64,000 nt of DNA from Saccostrea cucullata (taxonomy: Eukaryota), in assembly GCF_032062105.1 (NCBI RefSeq), contig NW_026929376.1, forward strand, positions 62,001 through 126,000, in the 5' to 3' direction. Each line of letters begins with the position of its first letter. Positions within the stretch are counted from its first letter, which is position 1. The notes under the pieces are model-generated. The model saw nothing but the letters and a program-made list of their open reading frames with translations. It had not been told where the DNA came from and did no database searches. Both the position numbers and the translations under genes were made by a program. Below, in pieces: positions 1-14,523 of this stretch.

Positions 1-1133
1 TATCACAGATATTTTAAAAATACATGTGAATGAAAAGTGCGGTATTATAAATGTCTTTGAAATCTTGAATCTTTGTACTGTTTTTTTTTTTGACCCATGA
101 TTAGAAACATTATTTTTTAATTTAATTACTTTACACAGTGCTTCTTTGAATGTAATCAATAACATTTCCACATTAGGTTTACCATTTAGCATACAATATT
201 AAAATCAATATCGAAATTTCCTTTGAAAAAAAATGTACCAAAGTTTGTTTTTTAAATGCATATTATATTATAATCCTTTCAAATACTAAAGGTATATTTA
301 ATTCATTTATTATTAATCTAAAAATGTTCATGGTTATACAGTTTCTGTATACTAGTATGTTCTGATCAGTTAACATCAAAGGATCAAAAGTTAATTAGAA
401 GGTCACCACAAATCCCAAACAAGATGCACAGGGTATACACAGAGACCAGTATGTAAATGTCCATCAAGTTCCAGCATCCAATGATGGACCTTCATGCACT
501 TGATTGACAGGGCTACCCAAACCAGGTATTTTTGAAGGCAGTGCTTAAAATCTCTGACTTTAAGTAATGATCCAAATACATTAAATAATTTTAGTGTATT
601 GTCAAAAAGATTTCTCTGTAAATGGGTAAATTAATTAATTTTTGTTTTATAATTTTTTCAAAATTCTCTTTACATAAAACATGATCCTAAGTTTCTTTTT
701 AAAAATGATATTGATATAAACATACCATTATGTATTTCAAAATTATTAATATGTAGAACCTAATTAATTATTAATTATAATATAATCAAGTATTTATGAT
801 ATGTATTTTGATATTGAACTTAAACATCACAGGTAATAAGTACAGGTGATAAAACAGACTATACACAGGTGACCTCTCAGGTGTGAAAATCCCAATTTTG
901 GCTCGATGGGAATAAAAAATTCAGAATTTTGGCTGAGTGGGAATAAACCAACTACACAGCCAAATACTTGACTCCTGTCATATTTTACATAAATTTGATT
1001 CAATACTAGTGGCAATCTGGCTGATAAGACTTAGTTGAATTCGGGAGATTATCAGTTATGGATTTATTACTTTAAACCCAGGATCAAAAAGTTATTTGCT
1101 TTCATCTACAATCCCTTTACGAAGATATAAAGA

Positions 1134-1390
1134 CAGGAGCGGATCCAGGATTTTTTTTCCAGGGGAAAGGGGGATGTCGTTTCCCAAACATGAAAAACCT
1201 ATTTCGTAGGGAGGGGCATAGTTCACTGGTGGATTTAGAGGGGACCCAGACCCCCCCCCCTTTAGTGTCCAAAAAATACACAATATTAAATATTTTGATA
1301 AATCCATTTTTTTGTGTGTGACTTCGGGCCCCTACCCTGACCTTTAGCTGGTCGCCCTCACCTTTTTCAAAATTTCTGGATCCGCCACTG
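1134..1390. mobile_element. Short non-autonomous TIR DNA transposon (MITE)
   Basis: The ends CAGGAGCGGATCCAG and CTGGATCCGCCACTG are near-perfect inverted repeats around a G/C-run-rich interior. No clear TSD. Confidence 0.65.
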
Positions 1391-4300
1391 TAGTTGACAA
1401 CAAGGTTGACCTTTAAAGCTTCATACTTTTTTTGCCAACTTCACACGCAAATCCCCATTTCCTAGGGGGTCTATGGTTACTTTTAGTTCATTTAGTATGT
1501 ACTTTTCAAAACTCTGCAAGTTCCAGGGAGCAGACCCTCTCCCCGACCCCCTCTAAATGCAAATAATTTTTAAATAAAAAGGGGATTTCAAATATCACCA
1601 GCTATTTAAATAATATTGTAAATAGATCTAATATCTTTTCGTATATAGTGCATTTTTAAAATTTGTAACCTCACATTTGGATCAAAATGACAGCTTGTGT
1701 GGTTTTTGTTTTTGTATGTAAACAAACTCTAGTAGGATGTTGTGAAATGTCAATTCATAATAGCCGTCTATTTAAAGGATTTTTTTCTGTTTCAAGGGGA
1801 TGAAATGTTTAATAATATTTATATAATTACCTCTATTTATTATATATATCTCTTATTTCCAAAAAAGTTATATTTTAGCAAAATTTATGTAAATATGCAT
1901 ATCAATATGAATATTCATACCATTTGATAAATACTCTAATCATATATAATTTTTTTTGTACCGGGTATATATACATGTAATGTAGGATTGTTTGAGAATT
2001 GCATTGCGTATGTTTTTACTTGTCTTAATTGTATTTACATATATATTGTTTAATTACGCGTATATAATTAAATATATTACCGATGCTAAGCATTATGTGT
2101 CATAAATATAGAGTTTATATTAAGTCATAAATAAAAGGTAAAAATTAAAATGCACTAAACTACTCAAGCTCATGAGTGGTCATGGACAATCGAGCATTTC
2201 AATAAATTATAAAACAAAATCGCAACAATATTCAAATCTGTAAAAAAAAAAAATATCCTACAGAATCAATGCATGCAAAACACTTTCTATTCTGTGTGTA
2301 CTTATATAAGCTTTTAGACCACTAGAACAAAACAAAACTGTTTCCTCTATCGACATGCTCATAATGTGAAAATTGTTGTTGAAGTTCCCCGGAAAATCAG
2401 ATAAATTGACTGCTTTATCCTGCATGTTATAACATGTTCCATGAATCGTCTATGTTAAAAGTCATGAATTTAAAAAAAATTAAGTGACAAAGGATGCTGT
2501 TTTCCCATGAAAGCTTTATTCTGGTACGTTCAAAATTGTTTTTCATGGTTTTGCATGCATATAATTACATTTTATTAATGTCTTTTTTTTCTTGTTTTGA
2601 TAAAATTCTGCAAATAAGTCTTATTTTTAATTTATAGATTATTTGATACATGAATTTATTTGAGGATCCAACTTATATCCGATCTACGAAAATAAGGAAA
2701 TGTAGATTATCTTTAAATACCTAAATAGCCTTATCTTTATTATTGGTTTTATATAATATCTATTTAAAAAAGAATGATATTAATAAAGGCGAAGCTAAAG
2801 TCATAGAGCCAAGTTGTTGCGATTTCAGCCAATTATCCTTTAGATACTTCATTTACCACAAAAAATCGCCATGAATTGCGGGGATATAAAACACACAACT
2901 CATTGGACAAAAATCATTCCCATGCTTTACTTTTTTTTATGCACTCCAATCAATGTTTTACAGTGTGTTTACGTATAGGACTCCACTTTATTTTACTTCA
3001 TTATGCTAACGCAAAATCCATTGTGACGTCACAACTGTGGGATACGAAAACGATATCACATGAGCTATATCCATGGGATAATAAAAAAAAAAATGAATAT
3101 CCTGAGATGTCCTGCATATGAAGAGGAGTCTAGCGGCTGGTTCACGAGAAGTGAACACCACCACTTCCTTTCAGGAATTTCATTTCTTGTCAAAACATTT
3201 CTAGGAAGTAGGCATATTTTGGTGGTTCGTAGCTCTAGCTTAAACTTTTGGTATGATTAATCCTATCAAATGTTGATAGATTGAACTTTTATGGAAGTGC
3301 AAAGTGTTTTCTTATCATCTCAGATAGATCTCCCACGTTATTTTTAAATCACAATGTAATGTAAGATGCTTCTGCATCAATATTAACCTGTTTCCATTCA
3401 TGCTTATGAATTCTTTAGAAAACATCACTTTTTTAATGTTTGAAATCAAACTTCACGCTTTGTGTAAATATTGTAGTACTGATTTTGGCCATTGTATAAA
3501 GTATAATTAAGTGAAGGATTTTATGCAAATTAGGCTATATGAAATGAAAAAAAATATATAAAAATGAAATATATATATATAAGATTAATAACTACTTAAG
3601 CATTTCCCTTTTTCAATTAGGACGTGATTTGTTGGTCAATTTTAAGTATATCCAAGAGAAACGATTAATAACATCAGAATTTAAAAGTTATTTTATTGAG
3701 CCTTATTAGTAGTATATCTAACTTACAAATCAAAAAGACTCAGAATAAAGCGCATTTTATGAATAATGATTAATATTTGTAACATATTATAATTAAGTCA
3801 TCCTTTTCTTTTGTTAACACAACCCTGAGGCAACATAATACATTAAATGTAAATGTTTGATTTTCGGCCTCGTGGTACATTGTATGTGTAACCGTAGAAA
3901 AGGTCTAAGTTGCCCTTTTTGTATAATTTATAGAATACTGAACACTGAAAAAAAAAATAAAAATCTGTCCATCGACAAAATTTTATTACTTTATGTTTTA
4001 CTGTGTGCAAGAAATCCATCAATTCAAATTGAAAATCATTCAATAATGAATTATAAAAGCAGTAAACCATGCTTCCACAGCGTATCAATTTATATAAGTT
4101 TTGAGGATTTCAAATATACATACAAAAATATTTATATATTATCTTTCTTGAAAATTTATTATTTGTTCTGGTAACCCAAAAGTCCCGACCTTATATACAT
4201 GTACTACCGCATATGACAAATTTGTTGAACTGGGGGTTTCAAGAAAAAATGTATTTTACAAACACGTGTGCTGCACATTGACACAACACACACATGACAA

Positions 4301-4889
4301 TCTTATAAAACATCATTGTTAACCTGTAGTATGATATAAGAGTGCATTAATGTCGTTTGATCGTAATAATGACATGAAAGAATAATGCCTAATATAGAAA
4401 ATAGTCATATGACATACATTTTGAATGAAAGGTGACAGTAGGATAGGTCTACCATTTTTGGAAGTTAAAAGGTAAGCTATTTTCTTTCTTCCCTAATTAA
4501 ATAACGATTACAGAGAATAAAAAAGGATGAGGTTTCCAATGGATTATAGTTGAGAGAAACAGATCGATATAAAGTTCATTATCACTAAAAGAAAAATGTT
4601 TCAAATGTACAAAATAAAAACTTAACTTTTCAAAACCAATATCAATATTTAATGTTACATACTATTTAAAGAAAATTTGAAAAAAAGTTAAATAATTTAA
4701 ATAATACACATATGGAGATACAGAGAAAAATCAAATTAGCTTTAGTATTTTTTCGATTACATGCAGGATTTTGAAAAAAAAAATCAAATAATACGTGTGC
4801 TAAAGATGTATATTTGAAATAATTAAGGGGTAAATGCATTAGAGAATTAAAATATAAACACAACCATTCTAGACGACACATATTAAATA

Positions 4890-5537
4890 AACTAGAGATA
4901 CTCTGAGCAATGAGCTCACTAAATGATACATCGCCTTCCATATGCTTATGGCAAAGTCCATGTTTTTTTCTGGGAGACCCAAAATAAGTGTCAGATCAAA
5001 AAGTAAAATAGGGGGTCACAAATGTATTTTGAAATAAAGAATTTATGAAGGTAAAATTAAATTTCGTTAAGTACATTGTATGAGAGGACAAGAGATGTGC
5101 ACAATTAATATCACAGAAAGAATGGTTGTATCCATGTTTTGTATGGGAAACCCAAAATATGTGTCTGATCCAAAAGTAAAATAGAAGGTGCACAGTGGCA
5201 CTATGTCAAAAAGATTATGTGAAAGTCTCCTTTTCCTCCTATCCTCTCCTATTTTGTTTTCCGAAATATATTTCGAGTTTCCCTTAGCAAAACATGGACA
5301 CTGCCATTGAAGGGTACCTAATCTCTTATCTGCAACTCTTCCTGTTCTACTGCATGAATAAAATTTAATGAATAATTCACAGACTCTTTATTACATAATG
5401 TCATTGTGCACTTCCTTTGTACTATTAGTCTGACATTTATTTCGAGTCTCCCAAAGCAAAACATAGATTCTCCCATTATAATAGTATGGGAGGGGAGCTT
5501 TCATTTAGTGAGCTCAGTGTTCAAAGTTCCTCAAGTT
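4890..5537. mobile_element. Imperfect foldback element made of two inverted Helentron/HINE-like halves
   Basis: Left end AACTAGAGATACTCTGAGCAATGAGCTCACTAAATGA matches the reverse complement of the right end (AACTTGAGGAACTTTGAACACTGAGCTCACTAAATGA). The internal motif TCCATGTTTT..GGGA(G/A)ACCCAAAATA occurs at ~4958 and ~5131, and inverted at ~5270 and ~5435. Confidence 0.6.
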
Positions 5538-7045
5538 TAAACTTGCTTTTATCTTCAGAGGAATACTCAAGGGCCACTAACATGAAAAGTAGGTCATTCA
5601 CTTAAATAATAGTACTCCAACCATTATGACCACGTGTAGTATATGTGGTTATTCATTCCCATCAATGGATTTTTATTCTAGTAAATGGCATACTGAAATT
5701 CTGAATATAAACATCACATAATGCAGATATAGTTGTTATCTTCTAGCATATTTCAGCTCAAATATTTATGTTTGTTTTCTTGCGATTAAAAGTGTCTTTG
5801 TTTTATATTTAATACTACTACATGGTACATGAATTTGAATTTAAACCTATATTATTCTTATTCAGATTTTTATACATCATTCAGAACATTGTAAAATAGC
5901 TCTCAGATTCCCTTCCATAAAAATATATTTTGTTACATAGAGTCTGCTGCGTTTTTAAATCGTAACCACGATTTCAAAAAAAGAAATCTTTTTTTATTTG
6001 CTAAGAAAGATAATCTTAATTAATATTTTAATCTTATATTATATTTATGGATCAAATATTACACAGCTATAATTAAATTTGTCGTGCAAAAAGAATTATT
6101 TACAGGAAAACGGATTGTCATAAGTCTATAAATATAGAAGACTCGAGTTTTCTCATGTTTTAATCAAAATGTTGTGTAAAAATAAAATAGATATATTTAT
6201 TATAGATAAAGTTAAGTAATGATAAATCATTCTAAATTAAATCGTGGGCGTTTTTCAGTTTACACATATTTCATTTTAACCATACACAGTCATATGTCTG
6301 GAAAATTAATTTAGCTAAAATGTAAATACAATGCAATGTATATATCTCCTAAATATTAAGTGATTCAGTTCTGTATAAGGAGTGTAATAACTACCCATAC
6401 TATGATAATGATAAAAGACGAAGATGATAACAGTAAACAAAAGGTAATAATTTGGGTTATCTAGTCCTAACATTTGATTACATTGCAAATGTTATTTTCT
6501 TTTGAATCGTCAACTTGATGTTATATGTATCTTTCCAAACTACAATTTCTAATTTTCGTTACTAGGAAAATTAAAACGAGGATACATTTTTAAAAATATA
6601 TTGATTTGTTTTGTAACATTTAAGACAGTTGTGCAATGTAATCATACATCTACATGTGACTTTGCATGTGATGGATCGTATCTTGGTAACATGTGCACTG
6701 TTACCTGGATTCATATGTGAGACACTTGCTGTTCTAACATTAAAATTTTTGAACTTTCATACGGAAATAATCTAATTGACAGTAAGTATTTTATATGTGA
6801 CAATTTTAAATGCACATAAATTTTCGTGATATTTAAGGAAGATATGCTAGTAAATTTAATTTGTTATTGATCAAAGCGTTAATTATTTCCTTCAGTTTTT
6901 CTAATTCAAAAAATTTAATTTTTTTTCGATTGAGAGGAAATTGAACTTCGATTGCATAGAAGAAAGATATACGTGTATAACGTTGTTTTTTAATGTGTTT
7001 TTACAACATTTACTTTTTAACTAATGAACATATGTTTCAGGCAAA

Positions 7046-10000
7046 ATGTTTGTGGTTTTTCTGACTTTGGCTTTAATTTGTGGTTGCCGTGGTTACCCAT
7101 CTGGAGCGCCTCAATCGGCATGTGACGACATGACCCCAGCCCATGGCGTTTCTCCTCAAAAGACGCCATCACCATACGTCATCATACTGTCAACTTCCAA
7201 GTTATCTGTCGATGAATATCTTACGAGTAAGTCTTCGGAAATAAATCTTTTGACATAATTATAAAGACAATAACTTTGCCTTTTTAAGTATTAAATCTAA
7301 ACCTAGAATAATCATACTTTATTTTTTTTTTTTACTAAACAAAGAGGGGGTAAAAGAGATGAGAATATGTACAAGAAAGATTTGAATATAATCATTGATC
7401 AATTGAACCTACGGATGAAATTTCTCAGCTTAATAATCTAATATTAAAATAGAGATATTAGACTACAGCTGTACTTTTTTTTTCCTTTTCAGTTTCAATT
7501 TCTCCTAATGATGGCAAGACGACATTTAAAGGTTTTCTAATAGAGGTTTATACAGACTTGGCAAGTCCAGTCAAGTTTTCAGAAGGAGAATTCACGGTTC
7601 CTGACAATGCTCACACACAGTGTAATGGGGTAAATTTGAAACATCATACATTAATCTGTACACAATAAAATTCAAATAACTGTGAAACTTACTTTTGTTC
7701 TTTCATTGCTTCACTTTTTCATAAATTTTCATTTCAATGCTAATTTGTTACATTGTACATACTTACATTTTTTCATTATGAAAAAATATTCTAATACATG
7801 TACTAGTATTATGCCTTGATTTCAGGGTGCCACACATTCTGATGCAAACCCAAAACTAATTATAACCCTTTCCTGGAAACCTACTACAAGTTTTACCGGA
7901 AAAGTTAAGTTTAGGTAAAGTGTTTGTCAAAAACTGAGTAACATTATATTCAGTATATAAAATATAGACAAATACGAGGGCCGTTCAAAAATTACGCGGA
8001 CTGTGCTATTATTTACTCTTAAAGACGTTATATATTTATAAAATTTCACAGAAATAAGTATCTTAAAGATTCCAATAAATTTTGGGCAAAATTTCTGTAT
8101 TTTAAAAAAATTCTACTAAGATTATCGGTATGTTGACATCGTTGATGGAGAGGTACGGCGCATGACAAAAAAAATGAAGCAAAAGCATGCGGATTCAAAA
8201 ATTTAACTCATTGATTTTCTAAAATTCGCGATATTTTTCATCAATTTTCTCAAATGTACCTTTTAATTGTTCTATTATTATATATTTAGATTTCGAACGT
8301 AGTATTTGAAGTACCAACAGAAATATAGTGATTTTTTCTCTGATGCGATTCCCGTAAAAACGACTGTGGAAATGACGTCTCCTGAATTGACGGCGCACCA
8401 CACTTTTGTTAAAATACGTGTAATGTTCGAGATATTGGCAACATAGATCCAAAATATGCATAATAAAACATGTAGTGAACAAGACTACTCGTGACATTCT
8501 CCCACAAATAGCAAATTGAAATTTTTGACAGTTAGACCTCTGTAAAAATGCTATACGGGAGGACAGGAAGAAGATTATAGACGAAAAGTTAACTTTATCC
8601 GGATTGTAAAGAACGTGATTGAGAGTCACCAATATCGCACTATATCTTATAAGTAGTTTTTGGTTTTAAAACAAAAAAAAAGAATATTCTTTACTTGTTT
8701 AAAAGATTTTAAGCTTGGCAAGAAATGCTGTTTTGATGTTGAGTAGATAAGGTAACTCAAACTATACAGGTACTCAAGGGAAAATGTTGAGAAAATGAAA
8801 GCTCAATCACATATTTTTTATAATGCTTGTGACGTCGAAGAATTTGCTGCGCCGTGACTTAATGGTATGTCCTGAAAAATCACTCAAAATTAATACCAAT
8901 TTACAACATTTTGATATGAAATTTTGAAGACCATATAAGTAAAGATTCTTTTATATTATTTGTAAAATTTTGCCCGATTATGTCGTCAAAAATTCCTTCT
9001 GTGCAACAAGTCCTCGTAATTTTTGAACGGCCCTCGTATATCGATTTCCTTTTCTAAATCAAAGTTTTGCGAAGGAGAGGTTTTCAAAGAAGAAAGCATT
9101 TCTAAAATCGAATGCACGCAATGCTTAACTACTATGATTTACATGTCTAAATTTTAAAGTAAAGAAATATCAAAATTTTTTGGGAAAAGTAACGTTGATA
9201 ATGTTTAAAAAACATCAGAATTCGCCATTTTAATCAAATCTAATAGAGAAAAAAAAGAATTTATCACCCGACAATAATATGCCTAATAAATTAATCGAAA
9301 CAAATGTCTGAAGGTCTTACCTTCAGAAAAATAATTTTCACATTTTTTATGCAGGGCCACGGTTGTACAATCCTACACAACGTTCTGGGAAAATATTGAG
9401 TCTGAATCACTAAGCGTTGATTATTTTCTTCCATCTGCATCTCCTTTTACAAAGGTAGGTGTCTTGAGGAAAAATATGGCTTGTAAGCATTGAATTCAAA
9501 TGCAAAATATAAACTATCAATCAAAATAGTGCATTGCAATATAACCAGAAAGTTTGAAAAAGAAACAAACAAAATCTGAATTTGAAACGTATTTTGAACT
9601 AATGATATATGAATTCAATGTAATCTCTGTTTCCTAATCATGTATTTCATAGATAAAAATTCTTCAGTGTTTTTTTTTAATTTTGCTATAAATCTTGTCA
9701 CTTTCAGTCACCAGACGACCAGCCTCGCTGTGAGAAAGGTTTTGGTTGCTTCAAATCTTGTCCCACTGAGTCATGTGACGGCGTCGTCCAATGGAAAAAG
9801 AGAGAAAATTTCATAGATTTTAGCATTATAATTCGCTTAGAAAATCCCAACGATAGATGGATCGCTATTGGACTCTCGCCTACTGGTAAAATGGTTTGTA
9901 TTTCTTTCATGTAGTCTGCTAGTTTTTAAGCTGTACAAGTTTAGGGTGTCGTCTTTCAGAAATTCTTTCAGATAATAAAGAAACAGGATAATAGTACCTT

Positions 10001-13000
10001 TACCATCTTTTACGATGATTATATTTCCAGCCACGAACCAGTGTCATGATGTGCATGTATTACAATGATAAATTTGAAGTTTTGGACGGAATAAATAATG
10101 GATATACTTTCTCTATACTACCAAATGTAAGATTTACCTATACTACTTAACATTAGAAATGCATGTACTATAGTTACATATATAAATTGCTTGTGATATC
10201 GTTAAAAATTTGTTAATAAAGGAAAATTCTAATCCGTTATTAAAATGTAATCCTCATTTTAAAAGGAAAATACATGTATAAACTAATTTCTTTAATGTTC
10301 AACCTTTTTTCAGAGCACACTCGGATTGGTCAATATAACTGCTAATGTGACAGGTCAAATTATGACATGCTCTTTTTCACGTAAAATTGACGTCCCTGAG
10401 GATTCTGTAGATGTTTACAGCTTAAACAAAACATATTTCCTGTTACTCGGAAATGGACCAGTCAGAAACGGTAAAACTCGGGACACGTTTTAGTACGCAA
10501 TGAAAGCACCCTGTCAATCAACTAACATGGATAATCTTGGAAATAAAATCTGCTGAGTGAGAAAAAAACATTAAAGTACAACAAAATCCGATCCATTTTA
10601 TCATGGTATTTTCGGATCTTTAGAATTTTTAAACATATGAACTAAAAGAAAAAGTGTCAAACTCATTTCCAATTTGATCTTATAAACATTTATAAGCAAA
10701 TAATATATTATTGTCTTTTAATACATAAAAAATTAAATATAACTTTATACCTGGTATTTCATCAAATTGCATGACTATTAATGGACTTTTGCGAGAATCA
10801 CTGACTTTCACAGTTGTCAGCTTACTCTGACATTTAAACCTAAATCGCAACTTCTCGGACCTTTCCGACTAACGGAAAAACGACCTCGAATGTATATGGT
10901 AGACGCCATGGCAACCCTCCCTTTTCACGATCTTTGAAATAAATGCATTGAGACCTTTTATCTGTGCAACATGGAGTTTAACTTTATTCAATGTAATGAT
11001 ATTACCTATAATATATTATAGAAGGGACTTCTAATCCTATATTTGAATAAACAGGATATGTATAAATTTTTAATATCCGGTGTTGTTAATTCATTCGAGG
11101 TTGTTTTTCCGACCTCTGACGGAAAGACCCGAGATGATGCGTTTGATTTAAACCTATATCATGTACGGAGGCACAGAATTCATAGTAGATCAGAAAACCT
11201 TTTAGTGGTCATAAATATGGTGTTTTTGGTACTTACATATGAAGGACGGGAGTTGAGGGTAAGGTGGTTGTCGTTTTCTTCAAGGACAAATAATTTGATT
11301 TTTGAAAAAAAACCCGTTATTTTCGTTTAATTAAATGTTGAGCTAAATATGTAACTATCGTAAAAGAGCTTCCGCACATTGTCTTAGTTTAAAAGTGAGC
11401 CGTTAACTGTAAAAGTCAGTAAATTTCCTCGTAAAAGTCCATAGATAATGCATGTATTAATTAATGGGTGTTGGAAAAAAAGTTGAATTAAAAAAAAATA
11501 CTCTGATTTTCTTTTCAGGTAAGCCTGAGCAGCATGAGGAGACTCCTGAAGTCAGTGGCCAAAAGGTTAACTTTCTGCTGAATGAGGATATTCAACCTCA
11601 GAAACCATCAATGCTCCTCTACAAATTACATGGTAAGTATTCATACTTGCAATCATTCTCATAATATAATTATTGTTACATCCTTTCAGAAAAAGTTTGA
11701 CTAAATACTTTTAAATGATTTTTTGAAACAAAATACAGTAACAGTTATACCATTGTATCATAAGAATGCTTCCAACCCGGTAGTTTTTTTTTATTTAAAA
11801 TAAATGAATTTTATCCAGGAAGTTTGATGATATTTGCTTGGATATTTCTGTCCAGTATTGGTATAATAACCGCCCGTTATTACAAGTCAGAGTGGAGGGA
11901 TATGATGCCATGCGGAGTCAAAGTCTGGTTTGCTGTAAGTCGTCGTACAGTTGACCTTGTCCTCCATTTTAGACATTGTAGTATTGATTTTAAACGCCTA
12001 TATTATTAAAAAAAAATGGCAACCGCATCCTTTATCCATAATTAAGCTATTATGTTTCGAAACGCCTGCATTTCATTGGATTCAACATGTACTTTTTAAG
12101 TTCTGTGTGTATACAGGAGGTAGTTTCAAATCTATTATGCTTTAATTTTTAGATTCACAGGACAGTCATGTCACTTGTGTTTCTTGTTACCACAGGAGGA
12201 TTTGTGTTAATCTTTATGGAAGTCGGTTCCCTTCTTCAGGTATAATTTTGTTAAATTTTATAATTCGATTATAATTCATTTATTTCTATAATATGATAAT
12301 TTATCTTTATATGAAATATATGGATATAACGAACAGTATTCAAGCTCAAAAGTCATAGGAGCAGAGGGATCAGGTGCCATGGAAGAGTGAGCATCCCCTG
12401 CCAAACGGTCACACCTATCATGAGCTTCTTGTCATGGTCGTGAAATAACGGGAAAATCCGTCGACAATTCAGTGTATAAATAATAAATAATAAATAATAA
12501 CAATTAAAATGAAAAACGTCAGTCTGAGCATTTGACTCAATGATAAATTGTATTTGCTGACAAGGTCTTTGTACATAAACATAAGTTTTATTCAAAGATC
12601 TTCATCTCTGTTTTTTCTTTGGAAACTTATCTTTTTATTGTAATTATAAAGTGTATCTAACTGCACATTATGAATTCCGAACACACTTTTTATACCATAG
12701 AAATACTACATGTATTTCAATGCTACATTTGTATACTGATATTTATTATCAATCGCAACTTCTCGGGCCTTTCCGACTAGCGGAAAAAAGACCTCGAATG
12801 TAATAGGTAGACGCCATGACAACCCCCCTTTTCACGATCTAAAATAAATGCACGGAGATCTTTTGTCTGTGGAATAAGGAGTTTAACTTTATTCAATGTA
12901 ATGGTATTATCTAAAATATACTATAGAAGAGACTTCTAACTCCGTCTATCCTATATTTGAATAAACAGGAAATGTATAAATTTTTAACATCCGGTGATGT

Positions 13001-14500
13001 TAATACATTCGAGGTTGTTTTTCCGACCTCTGACGGAAAGACCGGAGATGATGCGATTGATTTATTATTTGATTGTTAGGAAAACGAAGGAAGCGTCTAT
13101 TTGAGGTACCATCCAGCACTTGGAATATCCGTCATGGCACTGACAGTTGTAAACGTTTGTATAAATTTGATCTTTTATATTTAACATTGCTTTTGTAATA
13201 TTATTGAAAGATTTAATGAAATTTTAAAATTTTAAGTGTTTCTTTTCTTTCTTATTCTTTTACGGAAACGCATATTTCTTTCATGGAGGAAATAATGCGA
13301 TGTTTTCTGTATTTCCGTTTTGATCAGTTTAAAACTGTAATGGTTGTTTAATAGATTCTTTTATTTTTCAGCCCATTATGGCTCTATTTAGATGCAGTCC
13401 TGGTCACAAATATCGGGAGGTCTTTCATTATTCTCACATGTTTGTTGGAACTTCTGCACAAATTCTAGCAGGTAGGTATTAAAATGTAAAGTGTGTAATT
13501 CATAGAATTACAATTTACTTAATTTGTAACATAAACTCTATATGCTCATTAGCTTCATAAGCCTTGGAAATGACCTGAGTATCATTGAGTTAAAGTGCAT
13601 TAGGAAACTAAGCCCTTAGTTGAAACTAAACTGCTTTCACCTTATGACAGGAATTTTAAAAATTAAAACTTTTATTGTCATTTTAGTTTTAAAATGCATG
13701 ATCTTTTCTTCTATGTGCTTAAGAATAAAAATGATTTTCAAAAACAAACTGTTTTTAATATATCACTTAGTTCGACCCTAAGGTCTGGATCAATGGATCA
13801 CGAATTCTTGGTACCATTCTATATTTGACTTAGGGCTAGATGCTCGTTACAAACATGCAATTTGTCATCTTATGTTATCTGTTTTCTTTTGCAGCTATTA
13901 CGATATATTTTGGAGTGAACCTAGAAAAGTCAAATACACCAAAGGGGGTCTCATACATCGTTATAGCCTATATAGTCACTTATGTCATCATTGAGCTTAT
14001 GTTAGAATGTGAAAAATATTTCAGAACTCGAGGAGGTAAAAACATACACTTAGAGAGGTCTTTTATGAGTAATTTGTATCTTGTTACATGTATTTATAAA
14101 CTGTCTTATTCGTTTTCATTCTGCAATCACTCTTTTCTGATGGCTGATAGATTATTTTTTTAAGCAAAGTCGGCAATATTTCAACCTTATTATTTGTAGA
14201 TGATTCTGAAAGACATTTACTTCTGAAATCGGCTTTGAGCGAGCATCCATCTTCAAAATCACAGTCTAAAGTACGTTACTTAACAATATTTTCTCCTTTT
14301 AGATTAGTATTATCTTAAGATTTTTGTGTATGATTGAAAATGTTTATACAGTGTTGATGATTAAACGATTGTGTAATACGTTTAAATACAATGACTTTCT
14401 TTTGTAGGTAAATGGTTTGAAATTTTCCATCTTGATGTTCCATTTCTTATGTATGTCCGTGTATTGTTTAGCACTTATTTATTTTGTTGCATCAGCATAG
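7046..14500 (+). CDS. FRRS1: Ferric-chelate reductase 1 homolog (SDR2 type: signal peptide, Reeler, DOMON, cytochrome b561), copy A; 15 coding exons, ~580 aa
   Basis: Exons read by hand with GT-AG sites and a continuous frame: 7046-7226, 7493-7629, 7826-7914, 9355-9454, 9708-9893, 10031-10126, 10314-10470, 11519-11632, 11819-11934, 12153-12239, 13080-13154, 13372-13471, 13895-14035, 14200-14270, 14408-14500 (1743 nt). Reeler motifs: GYPSGAPQSACDDMTPAH, FKGFLI, ATHS, FRATVVQ. DOMON: WIAIGLSPTGKM and QH. The four b561 His are in LYKLHG, IHR, YHP and YSH. Confidence 0.92.
7975..9036. mobile_element. Non-autonomous Tc1/mariner element in FRRS1-A intron 3
   Basis: 28-bp TIR CGAGGGCCGTTCAAAAATTACG(C/A)GGACT with 1 mismatch; TA TSD at 7973-74 and 9037-38. 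Confidence 0.88.
10781..11442. mobile_element. Non-autonomous TIR element in FRRS1-A intron 7, hosting a nested MITE
   Basis: ~45-bp imperfect TIRs: ATGGACTTTTGCGAG..ACTGACTTTCACAGTT and AACTGTAAAAGTCAGT..CTCGTAAAAGTCCAT. Confidence 0.65.
10842..11145. mobile_element. ~305-bp MITE with 9-10 bp TSD (MULE- or AcademH-like), copy 1, nested
   Basis: Imperfect TIRs AATCGCA..TTTCCG..GGAAAAA..ACCTCGAATG; TSD ATTTAAACCT at 10832-41 and 11146-55; closely similar to the copy at 12750. Confidence 0.8.
12326..12590 (-). mobile_element. Penelope-like (Naiad-type) retroelement 3' remnant
   Basis: Reverse-strand match to the 3' region of the element at 51949-52530, including the GGTGTGACC..CAGGGGATGCTCACTC..GGCACCTGATCC motif and the CTGTTCGTTAT terminus. 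Confidence 0.7.
12750..13059. mobile_element. ~310-bp MITE with 9-bp TSD, copy 2
   Basis: Termini CAATCGCA...TGCGATTG; TSD ATTTATTAT at 12741-49 and 13060-68; ends 20 bp upstream of FRRS1-A exon 11. Confidence 0.82.
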
Positions 14501-14523
14501 CAAGAACAAAATAATCTGTCGAT

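Noticed and set aside
350-900. Exon-like, more GC-balanced segments (~356-524 ending CAG|GTATT, and ~833-885)
   Set aside because: All frames close quickly and there is no recognisable protein. They may be terminal or UTR exons of a gene outside the window, but this cannot be supported.
8219-8632. 137-aa minus-strand ORF
   Set aside because: It lies inside a non-autonomous mariner element and has no transposase or other motif.
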